This document shows, in pieces, positions 10,383 to 22,838 of a stretch of 64,000 nucleotides of DNA (position 1 is its first letter; each line of letters starts with the position of its first letter). Below the pieces are notes generated by a model. The model made no database searches, was not told where the DNA came from, and saw only the letters and a list, made by a program, of their open reading frames with translations. Source of the stretch: an uncultured Actinomycetes bacterium (GTDB lineage Bacteria; Actinomycetota; Acidimicrobiia; Acidimicrobiales; CAVTQP01); assembly GCA_963736925.1 (NCBI GenBank), contig CAVTQP010000003.1, forward strand, positions 738,845 to 802,844. The letters run 5' to 3'. Both the position numbers and the translations under genes were made by a program.

Positions 10383-12125
10383 GTGGCCATAGCCGACGAC
10401 GACATCGTGGCGGTCAGGAGCGCCACCGACATGGTGGCCCTGGTCGGTGAGCACATGGCTCTCAAGCGCCAGGGTCGTCGCTGGGTCGGCCTGTGCCCTT
10501 TCCATGCCGAGAAGACACCGTCATTCAGCGTCAATGCGGAGCAAGGCTTGTACTACTGCTTCGGCTGTCAGGCGTCGGGGGACGCCATCAGCTTCATCCG
10601 TGCGGTCGAGCACCTGGACTTCGTGGAGGCCGTGGAGCGGTTGGCCGATCGTGTGGGAATCACGCTGGACCGCCAAGAGGGCGGTGCCGTCACCCGCCAG
10701 CGCCTGCGCCGACGGGCGCTCTCGGACACGTTGGAGAAGGGGGTCGCGTGGTATCACGACCGTCTGATCAGCCACCCCGACGCCGGGAGAGCTCGGGACT
10801 ATCTCCGATCACGTGGATACGACGGGGAGGTGGTGAGGGCCTTCAGGCTCGGCTGGGCCCCCGATGAATGGGATGCCCTGGCCAAGCACCTTTCCGTGGG
10901 GGACGCGGTGCTGCGGGAGAGCGGGCTTGGTTTTGTCAACCGGCGCGGAAAACAGCAGGACGCGATGCGCGCGCGTGTGATATTTCCCATCTTCGATCCC
11001 GGCGGCCGCGCCGTCGCCCTCGGGGGAAGGGTCTTACCGGGCACGTCGGGGGAGGGTGGAGGCGGGAGCGAGGGCGGACCGCCCGGCCCCAAGTACAAGA
11101 ACTCGCCCGAGACGGCCCTGTACTCGAAGCGGCGTGTCCTTTATGGCCTCAACTGGGCGAAGGGCGCGATCGTGGACACGGGAGAGGTGATCGTATGCGA
11201 GGGCTACACCGACGTGATCGCGTTCTTCCAGACCGGGATCCCGCGGGCGGTCGCCACGTGCGGGACCGCACTCGCTGAAGAGCACTTCGAGCTTCTCAAG
11301 AACTTCGCCAAGAGGGTGGTGCTTGCTTACGACGCCGACATCGCGGGCCGGGCCGCGGCGGCGCGCTTCTACGAATGGGAGCGCCGCCATGACCTTGACA
11401 TAGCGGTGGCAGCCCTTCCGCAGGGCTCCGATCCCGCCGAGCTCTTTCGTACCGGCCCCGATGCGTTAGCCGGTGCGGTCAGCTCGGCCCGCCCTTTCCT
11501 GCAGTTCAGGGTCGAGCAGGTCATGGGTGCCACTAACTTGGCCACCGCCGAGGGACGAGCCAGGGCGGCAGAGGCCGCCATGAGCGTCATAGTCGAGCAT
11601 CCCAACGAGCTGGTGCGCGATCAGTACCTGATGAGCGTGGCTGACCGCACGAGGATCGATCCACAGAGGCTGCGCGCGATCCTGACGAGACTGTCCGGGC
11701 GTGGGAAGAGCCGTTCCTCAAGCGAACAGGACCGTCGCGGTGGCGGCACTGCCGGACGCGTCGTGGCGAATCCCGGTGCCGAGGCGCTGCGGCTCGCAAT
11801 CCACCGTCCCGAGGAGATGGCCAGCCTGGAGGAGGTGCTGTTCACCGACCCTTTGCAGCGCGTCGCATTCCATCAGCTGGCTGAGGCAACAACGCTGCAC
11901 GAGGCCATCGATCGTGCGGACCCGGAGGTTGGAGAGCTCCTCAGGCGCTTGGCCGTCGAGGAAACCGAGGCAGATCCCGCGGACGTGGTAGGGCGTCTTG
12001 TCGCCGTGGCGGCCGCCCGGGCTCTGGCCGAGCTGGAATCAGAATCGCGTGTGTCGGAGGTACAGCTTCAGCGAACTGGCTCCAGTCACCACCTGGTTGC
12101 GACTCAGTCTGGAGGAGCTGCGTGA
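10383..12125 (+). CDS. dnaG: DNA primase DnaG (C-terminus probably continues in another frame to 12288)
   Basis: Zinc finger 'CPFHAEKTPSFSVNAEQGLYYCFGCQASGDAISF', a TOPRIM 'VCEGYTDVIA', and 'AYDADIAGRAAA'. At 580 aa it is short for an actinobacterial DnaG. See the finding on 11998-12288. Confidence 0.9.
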   Translation: MAIADDDIVAVRSATDMVALVGEHMALKRQGRRWVGLCPFHAEKTPSFSVNAEQGLYYCFGCQASGDAISFIRAVEHLDFVEAVERLADRVGITLDRQEGGAVTRQRLRRRALSDTLEKGVAWYHDRLISHPDAGRARDYLRSRGYDGEVVRAFRLGWAPDEWDALAKHLSVGDAVLRESGLGFVNRRGKQQDAMRARVIFPIFDPGGRAVALGGRVLPGTSGEGGGGSEGGPPGPKYKNSPETALYSKRRVLYGLNWAKGAIVDTGEVIVCEGYTDVIAFFQTGIPRAVATCGTALAEEHFELLKNFAKRVVLAYDADIAGRAAAARFYEWERRHDLDIAVAALPQGSDPAELFRTGPDALAGAVSSARPFLQFRVEQVMGATNLATAEGRARAAEAAMSVIVEHPNELVRDQYLMSVADRTRIDPQRLRAILTRLSGRGKSRSSSEQDRRGGGTAGRVVANPGAEALRLAIHRPEEMASLEEVLFTDPLQRVAFHQLAEATTLHEAIDRADPEVGELLRRLAVEETEADPADVVGRLVAVAAARALAELESESRVSEVQLQRTGSSHHLVATQSGGAA

Positions 12126-12171
12126 TCCCGCGCCCGACCTCGCAGTCGTTCAACCATTGGTAGCCTGGCTG

Positions 12172-12261
12172 GCGGAACGTGCCACCGCGGAACGAGCCGG
12201 CGCGGAGCTCGCCGGCGTGGAACGAGCTGGTGCGGAAAGAGCCGGTGCGGAACGATCCGGT
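12172..12261 (+). repeat. Six tandem copies of a 15-bp unit (consensus GCGGAACGAGCCGGY)
   Basis: Read directly from the sequence: gcggaacgtgccacc/gcggaacgagccggc/gcggagctcgccggc/gtggaacgagctggt/gcggaaagagccggt/gcggaacgatccggt. In the frame of ORF 11998..12288 it encodes an (A-E-R-A-G)n pentapeptide repeat. Confidence 0.9.
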
Positions 12262-12284
12262 GCCCAATTTCCAGAGGAGGACAC

Positions 12285-13577
<1,293 letters not shown>

Positions 13578-13641
13578 GAGTCGCTCAGGGTTCGGTCGCT
13601 CGGGGCGCTTCTTCGCGACTATAGGGTTTCCGGCCGGGCGC

Positions 13642-13884
13642 TCAGTTCTGCGCGGTTGCCGGGGAGGCGGCTCCATTCGTGTGGCGGGCGTTCCTCAAGT
13701 CCCGTGCACGTTCCTTGCCGAGATCGACCACCGCCCGCGCCTTTCCCGTAGCGATGTCGAGGGCGTCGGACTGCTTGGCCCTCTGGATCGCCTGATTGAT
13801 CTGCTCGTAGCGCTCCCTGCCCGCCATGGTCCCGAAGTAGTAGCCCGCCACGAACCCAAGGATGAATCCCACTCGCAATCTCAT
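13642..13884 (-). CDS. Small membrane-anchored helical protein (YtxH-like)
   Basis: 80-aa ORF with an N-terminal hydrophobic 'VGFILGFVAGYYFGTMAG' followed by a charged helical region. The family assignment is tentative. Confidence 0.45.
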   Translation of the reverse strand: MRLRVGFILGFVAGYYFGTMAGRERYEQINQAIQRAKQSDALDIATGKARAVVDLGKERARDLRNARHTNGAASPATAQN

Positions 13885-13999
13885 GGTACTTTCATATCCC
13901 CTTTTGCCGATGAATGGAAACCCGGATCGATGGCAAGAGGCGAGGAGGCACCGAGGAGATAGTCGAGGGTGGGGGGCGCTGGTAGCGTTCCTTTCTCGA

Positions 14000-14072
14000 T
14001 CCGGGGTAGCTCAACCGGCAGAGCGGGTGGCTGTTAACCACTAGGTTGAGGGTTCGAGTCCCTCCCCCGGAG
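14000..14072 (+). tRNA. tRNA-Asn (anticodon GTT)
   Basis: I folded a 73-nt cloverleaf by hand. The acceptor is TCCGGGG/CCCCGGA, the anticodon loop is CTGTTAA, and the T arm is GAGGG-TTCGAGT-CCCTC. CCA is not encoded. Confidence 0.9.
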
Positions 14073-14093
14073 CAGCCCTTTCGAAGGGCGGTC

Positions 14094-14166
14094 GGGCCCG
14101 TAGCTCAGTGGTCAGAGCGGAGGACTCATAATCCTTTGGTCGCAGGTTCGATCCCTGCCGGGCCCA
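14094..14166 (+). tRNA. tRNA-Met (anticodon CAT; elongator type, could alternatively be lysidine-modified tRNA-Ile2)
   Basis: 73-nt cloverleaf. The acceptor is GGGCCCG/CGGGCCC, the anticodon loop is CTCATAA, and the T arm is GCAGG-TTCGATC-CCTGC. The 1:72 position is paired and the GGG/CCC anticodon stem is absent, so it is not an initiator. Confidence 0.9.
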
Positions 14167-14167
14167 C
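14122..14167 (+). repeat. att copy 1 (attL): 3' half of tRNA-Met
   Basis: A 46-bp stretch (ggactcataatcctttggtcgcaggttcgatccctgccgggcccac) is identical to 28612-28657. Confidence 0.9.
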
Positions 14168-14181
14168 TCAAAAAGTCCAGG

Positions 14182-15418
14182 TCAGCGCGATGATCGGCGC
14201 GTAGATCCGATGTTGGAGACGCTGGCGTTACCTGCACGGTACCTTAAGGCACTGGAGGGTCCTCGTTGTGCCTCCCGCCAGGCGGAGCTGAGTGCGTCCG
14301 TGACCCGTTGCTCCAGACCTGGCAAGAGATGTCCGTAAGTGTTTAACGTGACGGTGATCGACGAGTGGCCCATCCGTTCCATGATTCCGCGTGCATGTGT
14401 TCCCTCTGCGATGAGGAAGCCAGCGTAGGTATGGCGCAGATCATGAAAACGGAGCCCCGTGGGCAATCCAGCCTGTCGCACAGCGGGCTTGAAGTGGCGC
14501 TCGTAGAACGCCCTGTGACGTAGCGGACCTCCACGAGGCGCGGTAAAGAGAATATCGCTAGGACCCGCTGCCGGGCGGGTCCCCAGGAAGCCGCTCAGTT
14601 CCTCAACGAGGGGGTCGGGCATCGGGACGGATCTCTTTTGGTGGGACTTGGTATCGGAGAACACAAGCCTGCCGTTGACCTCACTTACGGATTCAGCGAC
14701 CTCAACTGGCTTTCGCAGCAGATCCAAGCGGCCGACGCGAAGCGCCTCTGCCTCTCCAGCCCGGAGACCGGTGTATGCGATGAAACGCACGAGGAAGCCG
14801 TACTGAGGAAAGGCATCCCGTCTCCGATGGCTGCCTCCGTTTCGATGGGACTTGGGTTCTGGGTGCGCGATGGCCTCTGCTAGCTCGTGAACCTCTACGT
14901 GAGTGAGCACTTGCATCTCGGCAGGGGGAACTGAGCCCAACGGGACCCGCACGGCTGGGTTCGCGCCAATAGCTCCAGCATCATGAGCGTATTCCAGGAC
15001 CTGTCGCAGGACAGAAACCGCATGACGTGTACGGCTCAACCGACCGGACGTGGGACAAGGTGGCAGCCCAGGAGCGAATCTGGGCCCTATTGATACTGCA
15101 GACCGCCCGGTCCGCGAACTCCGGGAGGATGTGCCTGTCAAGCAGAGCTTCGTAGCCTGTTCTCGTGGTCGCCTTACGGGAGTGGAGGGTGGTTCTCCAT
15201 CTGTCCGCCCATTCACGAAATGGCGTTTGAGCCAGCTCGGGCGCTATCCAGTCACCCCGGCGAGACCGCAGGAGATGGTCCGACAACCAGACTTCGGCGT
15301 CGTCTTGTGTGTCGAAGGTCTGAGCGCGGAGCTGCCCGTCCGGTCCGATATAGCGAGCTAACCAGCGGCCCGATGAGAGCCGCCGAAGACTGCCAAACCG
15401 TCGTCGGTGTCTCGGCAA
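14182..15418 (-). pseudogene. int: Tyrosine-type (phage) integrase, split by a frameshift near 15047
   Basis: The N-terminal part sits in ORF 14981..15418 ('MPRHRRRFGSLRRLSSGRWLARYIGPDGQLRAQTFDT..', SAM-like 'INRAQIRSWAATLS'). The catalytic part sits in ORF 14182..15216 ('AYTGLRAGEAEAL', 'HDLRHTYAGFLIAEG', 'MGHSSITVTLNTYGHL'). The two frames join around 'LSHV|GRLSRTRHAVSVLRQVL'. Confidence 0.85.
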
Positions 15419-15678
15419 CTGTCAGACCCTTCCCCTTGCCGACTCTGAGGGTAGGCCACGACGCCGACAATGGGCCATCTCGGAGCATCGACGCTTCGCC
15501 ACAACTTCTTGAGGAGTAGAGATGACACTTGCCCCAGCTAAGGCGGCTACGCAAAAGGCCCTTTGAAGGACCGCATAGGGCATATGTCCTGGTGGCGGGC
15601 TAGAGGATCCTGATCCGGTTTGACGAGGCTTCCGTCGGTTGCTTTCGGGGGCCTGCTTAGCAGCTGCCGTGGCTCCCC

Positions 15679-15884
15679 GTGACATACAACACCTTGCCAA
15701 CCCATCACCTCCCCCTGCTTGACATCACCGAGCATTCCCGGCGCTATGGCCTGAAGGTCAGGTGTCTCGGGAGGCACGCGTGAAGCGGGCCATCCCCGTC
15801 TACAAGCTCGGCCAGCGCGTCGACTTCTCGCCGGGCGACCTGGACGACTTCTCGGCCCGGCATCGTGAGGAGGCCTCCCAATGA
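15679..15884 (+). pseudogene. Excisionase-type helix-turn-helix protein, frameshifted near 15778
   Basis: Frame 1 reads 'LLDITEHSRRYGLKVRCLGRHA*'. It continues in the next frame as 'KRAIPVYKLGQRVDFSPGDLDDF', the typical HTH_17/Xis layout. Its stop overlaps the next ATG (ATGA at 15881-15884). It is divergent from int. Confidence 0.55.
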
Positions 15885-17176
15885 CGGCGGGAGACCCGAC
15901 ACTGCTGACGGGTGAGCTGACCTCTCCAACCCACCAGGACCGACGCCGGTCACTGGGTGCGGTCCCAACGGTCCATCTCGTGGATCGGGCTCCAGGCCAA
16001 CTTTCCCCGCGCCTACATCTCCTCCTCAGACACGGAGACTGCGACCATCGGTATGGAAGGGACGGGAGCAGAATCGTGGGTGCCATTGTCCTGGATGCAG
16101 TCAACAACCGGTGCGCCCGCGAGGAGATCTATCGGCTCCTAAAGGACCCGCAGAACAAGGGAGGCTTCGCCTGCTTGAGGTCACGATGGCCGGATTTAAG
16201 GCGGCGGTTCGAGCGGGAGTGGGAACGGGCTATCGCCAAGGCGGATGCCTCACCACTCATTGAGGACCGCCAGGAGGCCGCCTACCGGGCACAACAGTTC
16301 CTCGAGTCGGTCAGGCTGCTTCCATGGAAGGGTCGAGCGGGCAGCAGCGACCTCGCCGTCTACTCCGCGCTGGTCAAGGTCGCCCAGCGCGTTGGTCGGA
16401 CTGTCGAGTTGTCGATAAGTGTCCGAGAGCTGGCTGAGCAGGCGGGCGTAACCAAGACCACCTCGAGCGCTTCGCTTCGGCGTCTTGCCGCTCGAGGCCT
16501 CATCCGCCAGGTGTACAAGGGCCATGGACTACAGCCAAGCCGCTGGACCTTTTTGCCACCCCTGCGAAGTATCCCGGACAATCTCTCCCACAGCGGCGGG
16601 GAGTATGTGGGATCTGAGTGTCCGGTTGACTTCGCAGTGGACTGCTGGGCTTGGGGTGCTGGACTGGGGAAATCAAAGGCCCGGGTCTGGGAGTGTCTGG
16701 GAGTGTCAGCCGTCTCGACGGCAGACCTGGCAGCAGGCTTAGGCGTGTGTGTCAGAACGGTTCAGCACCACCTTCGGACCCTCAACGATCATGGCATGGC
16801 ACGGAGGGTCGAAGGGGGTTGGATTCAAGGGCCGAATGATCCGACACTGGTCTCGGAGATGATTGGGGCAGCTGGACTCGGTACCAAGCGACGGGGACGA
16901 CACGCCCGGGAGCGCACTGCTTACCTGCTGAGACTCATTCCCGAAGTCTCCGTAGATCCGGAAACGGGGGAAGTATTCCGTCGGGAGGAGATGCTTGGTC
17001 GTCGCCCGGACCAAGCCAAGCCCGCTGTCAATACCCTAGCGACCCCTGGATGCGATTCTTCGTCCGTGGCCGTGCCCCGCTGGAGTGGTGTAACTCGACG
17101 CCATCCTCGTGATGCTCAGCGTCGACCTCGCGGTTTGGTTGTAGAGGCGGAGGCGACCGCCTTCAGACCATTCTGA
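15881..17176 (+). CDS. Element-encoded protein with two winged-helix/MarR-like HTH segments (replication/regulatory candidate); 3' end replaced by IS256 sequence from ~17087
   Basis: 431-aa ORF with 'ISVRELAEQAGVTKTTSSASLRRLAARGLIRQV' and 'STADLAAGLGVCVRTVQHHLRTLNDHGMARRVEGGW'. It sits in the int-xis-rep position. The last ~30 codons lie inside the IS inverted repeat. Confidence 0.5.
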   Translation: MTAGDPTLLTGELTSPTHQDRRRSLGAVPTVHLVDRAPGQLSPRLHLLLRHGDCDHRYGRDGSRIVGAIVLDAVNNRCAREEIYRLLKDPQNKGGFACLRSRWPDLRRRFEREWERAIAKADASPLIEDRQEAAYRAQQFLESVRLLPWKGRAGSSDLAVYSALVKVAQRVGRTVELSISVRELAEQAGVTKTTSSASLRRLAARGLIRQVYKGHGLQPSRWTFLPPLRSIPDNLSHSGGEYVGSECPVDFAVDCWAWGAGLGKSKARVWECLGVSAVSTADLAAGLGVCVRTVQHHLRTLNDHGMARRVEGGWIQGPNDPTLVSEMIGAAGLGTKRRGRHARERTAYLLRLIPEVSVDPETGEVFRREEMLGRRPDQAKPAVNTLATPGCDSSSVAVPRWSGVTRRHPRDAQRRPRGLVVEAEATAFRPF

Positions 17177-18444
17177 CTCGGCTCGTAGATCTTTGCCATG
17201 GACGACTCCGAGAGGTAGCGCCGATCGGTCACGGCCCACTCGTCATGGTGCTCGGCCACCACGGCAGTGGCCAGGCGAACCACAGCGGCTTCGTTGGGGA
17301 AGATGCCCACGACGTCGGTGCGCCGCTTGAGTTCCTTGTTGAGCCGCTCGAGCGGGTTCGTCGACCAGATCTGACGCCAGTGAGCCACCGGGAACGCGGC
17401 AAAGGCCAACAAGTCCTCCTTGGAGTCGGTGAGCATGGAGGCCACCTGGGGGAACTGGCGGCCCAGCATGGCCGATATCTCTTCGAGCTGCCCATGGACA
17501 AGGGAGGCATCTGGCTGGGCGAAGGCGGTTCGGATGGCGGCGGCCACCATCTCGGCGGAGGCCTTGGGCACCCGGGCCAGGACGTTTCGCATGAAGTGCA
17601 CCCGGCACCGCTGCCAGGAGGCGTTGGCGAACACCGCCACGATGGCGGCCTTCAGTCCCAGGTGATGATCGGAGACTACAAGCTGGACGCCCGACAGCCC
17701 TCGGGCCCGCAGCGAACGCAGGAAGGCTGTCCAAAACGCCCCGTCTTCGGAGTCCCCCACGGCTAGGCCCAACACCTCCCGGTCGCCTTCTCGGGTCACC
17801 CCGGTGGCGATGATCACCGCCTTGGAGACCACCCGGCCAGCCACCCTGGCCTTCACGTAGGTGGCATCCGCAAAGACGTAGGGGAACTCCACATGCCCGA
17901 GCGGTCGATCTCGGAACGCCGCCATCTCGGCGTCGAGCTCCTTGCAGATCCGAGAGACCTTGGACTTGGAGATTCCCGCATCCAGGCCAAGCGCGGCCAC
18001 CAAGTCGTCCACCTTCCGAGTCGACACGCCATGGACGTAGGCCTCCATGACCACCGCCCACAGGGCTTGTCGATGCGCCGGCGACGCTCGAGCACCGAGG
18101 AGAAGAAGCTGCCTCTGCGCAGCTTGGGGACCCGCAGCTCCACGTCCCCAGCCTTGGTCGAAAGCAGCCGCGACCGGCCCCCGTTGCGCTGGTTGGTTCG
18201 GGTCTCAGCTCGTTCGTGACGGGGGGCGCCGATGGTCCCGGTCACCTCCACCTCGATGAGGCTTTGCAGCACCAGCTCGAGCCCTCGACGAACGACGTCG
18301 AGATCACCGCCTGCCCAATAGCCTCGAGAAGGTCGGTAACGTCTGTCTGGGTTAGGCCACTGTTGTGTCTCCTTTGCGTAACCCGGCAAGGTCACGCTGA
18401 GGATCACGCGGTGGCCCACCTCAGTGGTGGATCCGAATTACACC
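17087..18444 (-). mobile_element. IS256-family insertion sequence (~1.36 kb)
   Basis: The left end is GGTGTAACTCGACGCCA. The reverse complement of the right end is GGTGTAATTCGGATCCA, so the terminal inverted repeats are imperfect. They flank a mutator-type transposase. Boundaries are good to within a few bp, and I saw no clean target duplication. Confidence 0.7.
17116..18419 (-). pseudogene. IS256-family (mutator-type) transposase, frameshifted near 18066
   Basis: The N-terminal ORF 17853..18419 reads 'IEVEVTGTIGAPRHERAETRTNQRNGGRSRLLSTKAGDVELRVPKLRRGSFFSSVLERRRRIDK'. The C-terminal ORF 17116..18054 reads 'VMEAYVHGVSTRKVDDLVAALG...VVSDHHLGLKAAI...WQRCRVHFMRNVL'. One missing G in 'aag(g)ccctg' would restore '..IDKALWAVVMEAYV..'. 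Confidence 0.85.
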
Positions 18445-18757
18445 GCGTCAAGGGACGCCGGCTCGTTCGGCCAACCCGCTCCACAGCCGTTGTCTCTCGC
18501 TTGCGCGCTGAACTGGCGACAGGGTGGTGGGGTAAGACACAATCCCGATCATGTGCCCCGCCGCGCCGGGGCGCTCCGAGGCCGTGATGTCGGGGCTCTG
18601 CCGCTGGCGGGCAGCCAGGGCGCTTTGACCGATCCCCCGCTCATGAGCCCAGACGCTCGAGAACGGGCCTTGTGCCGCCCCTGGGCGTTCGATGGTCACG
18701 TTTGGCCGCGGCCTCTATCATTGCTGCCTAACCACGGTTGTTGCTGAGGGGGCAACG

Positions 18758-21414
<2,657 letters not shown>

Positions 21415-21427
21415 CCGCCCTCCTGGG

Positions 21428-21649
21428 TTGGTGACGCGGTTCACGACATCCGGCACGGTAGCCGTGGCCGCCCTCCTGGACGAGCTGGAGCTTCCGCTCG
21501 ACGTCATTACCCCCACGGCGGATCCCCAGCAAGCGGACCACCTACCGATGGTCCTCAGCCCGGTCACGGTCCTGGAGGGGCCCGCAATACGATCACGTTC
21601 TCCGGCGAAGCTCCGGTTAGGGCTTCTGAGCTGGGCTTATGTCGACTAG
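21428..21649 (+). CDS. Small glutaredoxin/mycoredoxin-like ORF lacking the CxxC motif (tentative)
   Basis: 73 aa, starting 14 nt after katG. 'VTRFTTSGTVAVAALLDELELPLDVITPTADPQQADHL...PVTVLEGPAI' lines up by eye with the NrdH/mycoredoxin layout, but it has no cysteines. It could be degenerate or spurious. Confidence 0.3.
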   Translation: MVTRFTTSGTVAVAALLDELELPLDVITPTADPQQADHLPMVLSPVTVLEGPAIRSRSPAKLRLGLLSWAYVD

Positions 21650-21660
21650 CTCCTGATACA

Positions 21661-22334
21661 ATGGGTATCGAAGGAGCAAGACATGGTCGCCATGAACAGC
21701 CCCAGGAGCCCACGAAGGAGCCACCCGCCAGTCAGGACCCTGGTGAAGACACCGGCTGGCACAAGCTGATCCACTGGCTGCCCCGGGATTTCAAGCCCGA
21801 CCCCAAGTTGGCCGAGCTGCTGGGCCCTCCCAGCTTCGCAGGGCAACGGGCAGAGCTTCGCCGACGGCGCGCTCAGGTCCAGGAGCAGACGGCTGGCGAG
21901 ACCAGCAAGTCTGAGTTCCGGGACCACCCCTGGGACGGCCCGATCACAAAGCGGATCAAGGCTTACCGCCGCGGCGAGATCAGCTGGCACGACCTCTACC
22001 ACGAGCTGACCCATTGGCACTATCAGACCCCAGAGCGCTATGGCCCCAACCGGCCTGAGTTCCCGGACGAGATATGGTTCGACGACCACACGCGGCTGAC
22101 TGCGACCCCGGCACTTGGGACGAGGTGGAAGCAGCAGCGGCCCAGTCCAGTGGACCCTTGCTTACCCCAGGGCAGTACCGCTCGATCCTGGAGACGTTCC
22201 TGAAGGACCACCCAGCGGCTCCCGCGCGCCCTGGGCTACCGCTGGCCGACCCCCACGGCTTCAAGGCTGGACCCCTCGACGAGGACGATCTCTTCACCGG
22301 TCCAGGGAATCGATATCTGGGCGCATCACGATGA
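21661..22334 (+). pseudogene. Hypothetical protein apparently split by a frameshift near 22090
   Basis: ORF 21661..22203 ('ISWHDLYHELTHWHYQTPERYGPNRPEFPDEIWFDDH') appears to continue in ORF 22074..22334 ('PGTWDEVEAAAAQSSGPLLTPGQYRSILETFL'). I recognise no family. Confidence 0.3.
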
Positions 22335-22838
22335 TGTCCCAAGGCTCCAGTGTCGGGTCCACGTTCACAAGGTGGAACAGGGCGTCCCGGACCACCTCGA
22401 CCTGGGGTGCGCTTCCGCGGATCCTCGCCTTTGACCCGGCCTGCGAGGACGGGCGGCAGCCTGTCGGCCCCGACACCGGCCTTGATCAAACCCAGCAGGG
22501 TAAAGCGTTCCTCCGGCACGGATCGATGCTCTCCTCCTGCGACCCATGGGATAAAGCACCAGCTGCTTCTCGCGGGCGTCCCGACCCCAAGAGCGCAGCG
22601 GGTGGGCCGGTGACGTCCTAGCGTCCATGTTGGAGCAAGCGGCCCGAGCCACCATGTCGGTGAAGCATCCAAACCTAGGGGCCTCCCTCCGGCGACCCTC
22701 GAGATGCCTTCCCTACGTTTCCTCCGGAGGTGGGTCACAACCTTCATGTGGAGCGAGCCCAGGAGCCGTCGACCTCCGAAAGGAGATGCTCTTCATGAGT
22801 CCTGGCGTCACCAAAACCCCTGGTGGGATGCTGGCTAG

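Noticed and set aside
12172-12261. 15-bp x6 repeat considered as CRISPR-like or as replication/transcription-factor iterons
   Set aside because: The copies are contiguous with no spacers. The period is a multiple of three and is in phase with an open frame that ends exactly at the rpoD start. A coding pentapeptide repeat is the simpler reading. The promoter-iteron alternative is kept only as a fallback in the finding.
18040-18075. Programmed -1 ribosomal frameshift in the IS256-family transposase
   Set aside because: IS256-family transposases are normally single ORFs. The junction (gacaagccctgtggg) has no slippery heptamer. Restoring one G gives the conserved '..IDKALWAVVMEAYV..', so an indel is the better explanation.
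21980-22747. Overlapping minus-strand ORFs (255, 96 and 60 aa) that might be one fragmented gene ('VPEERFTLLGLIKAGVGADRLPPVLAG', 'VVRDALFHLVNVDPTLEPWDIIVMRPDI')
   Set aside because: Some segments look protein-like, but I could not assign a family or a consistent path through the frames. They also overlap the plus-strand hypothetical ORFs. I left the region unannotated rather than invent a gene; a frameshift-aware database search would decide.
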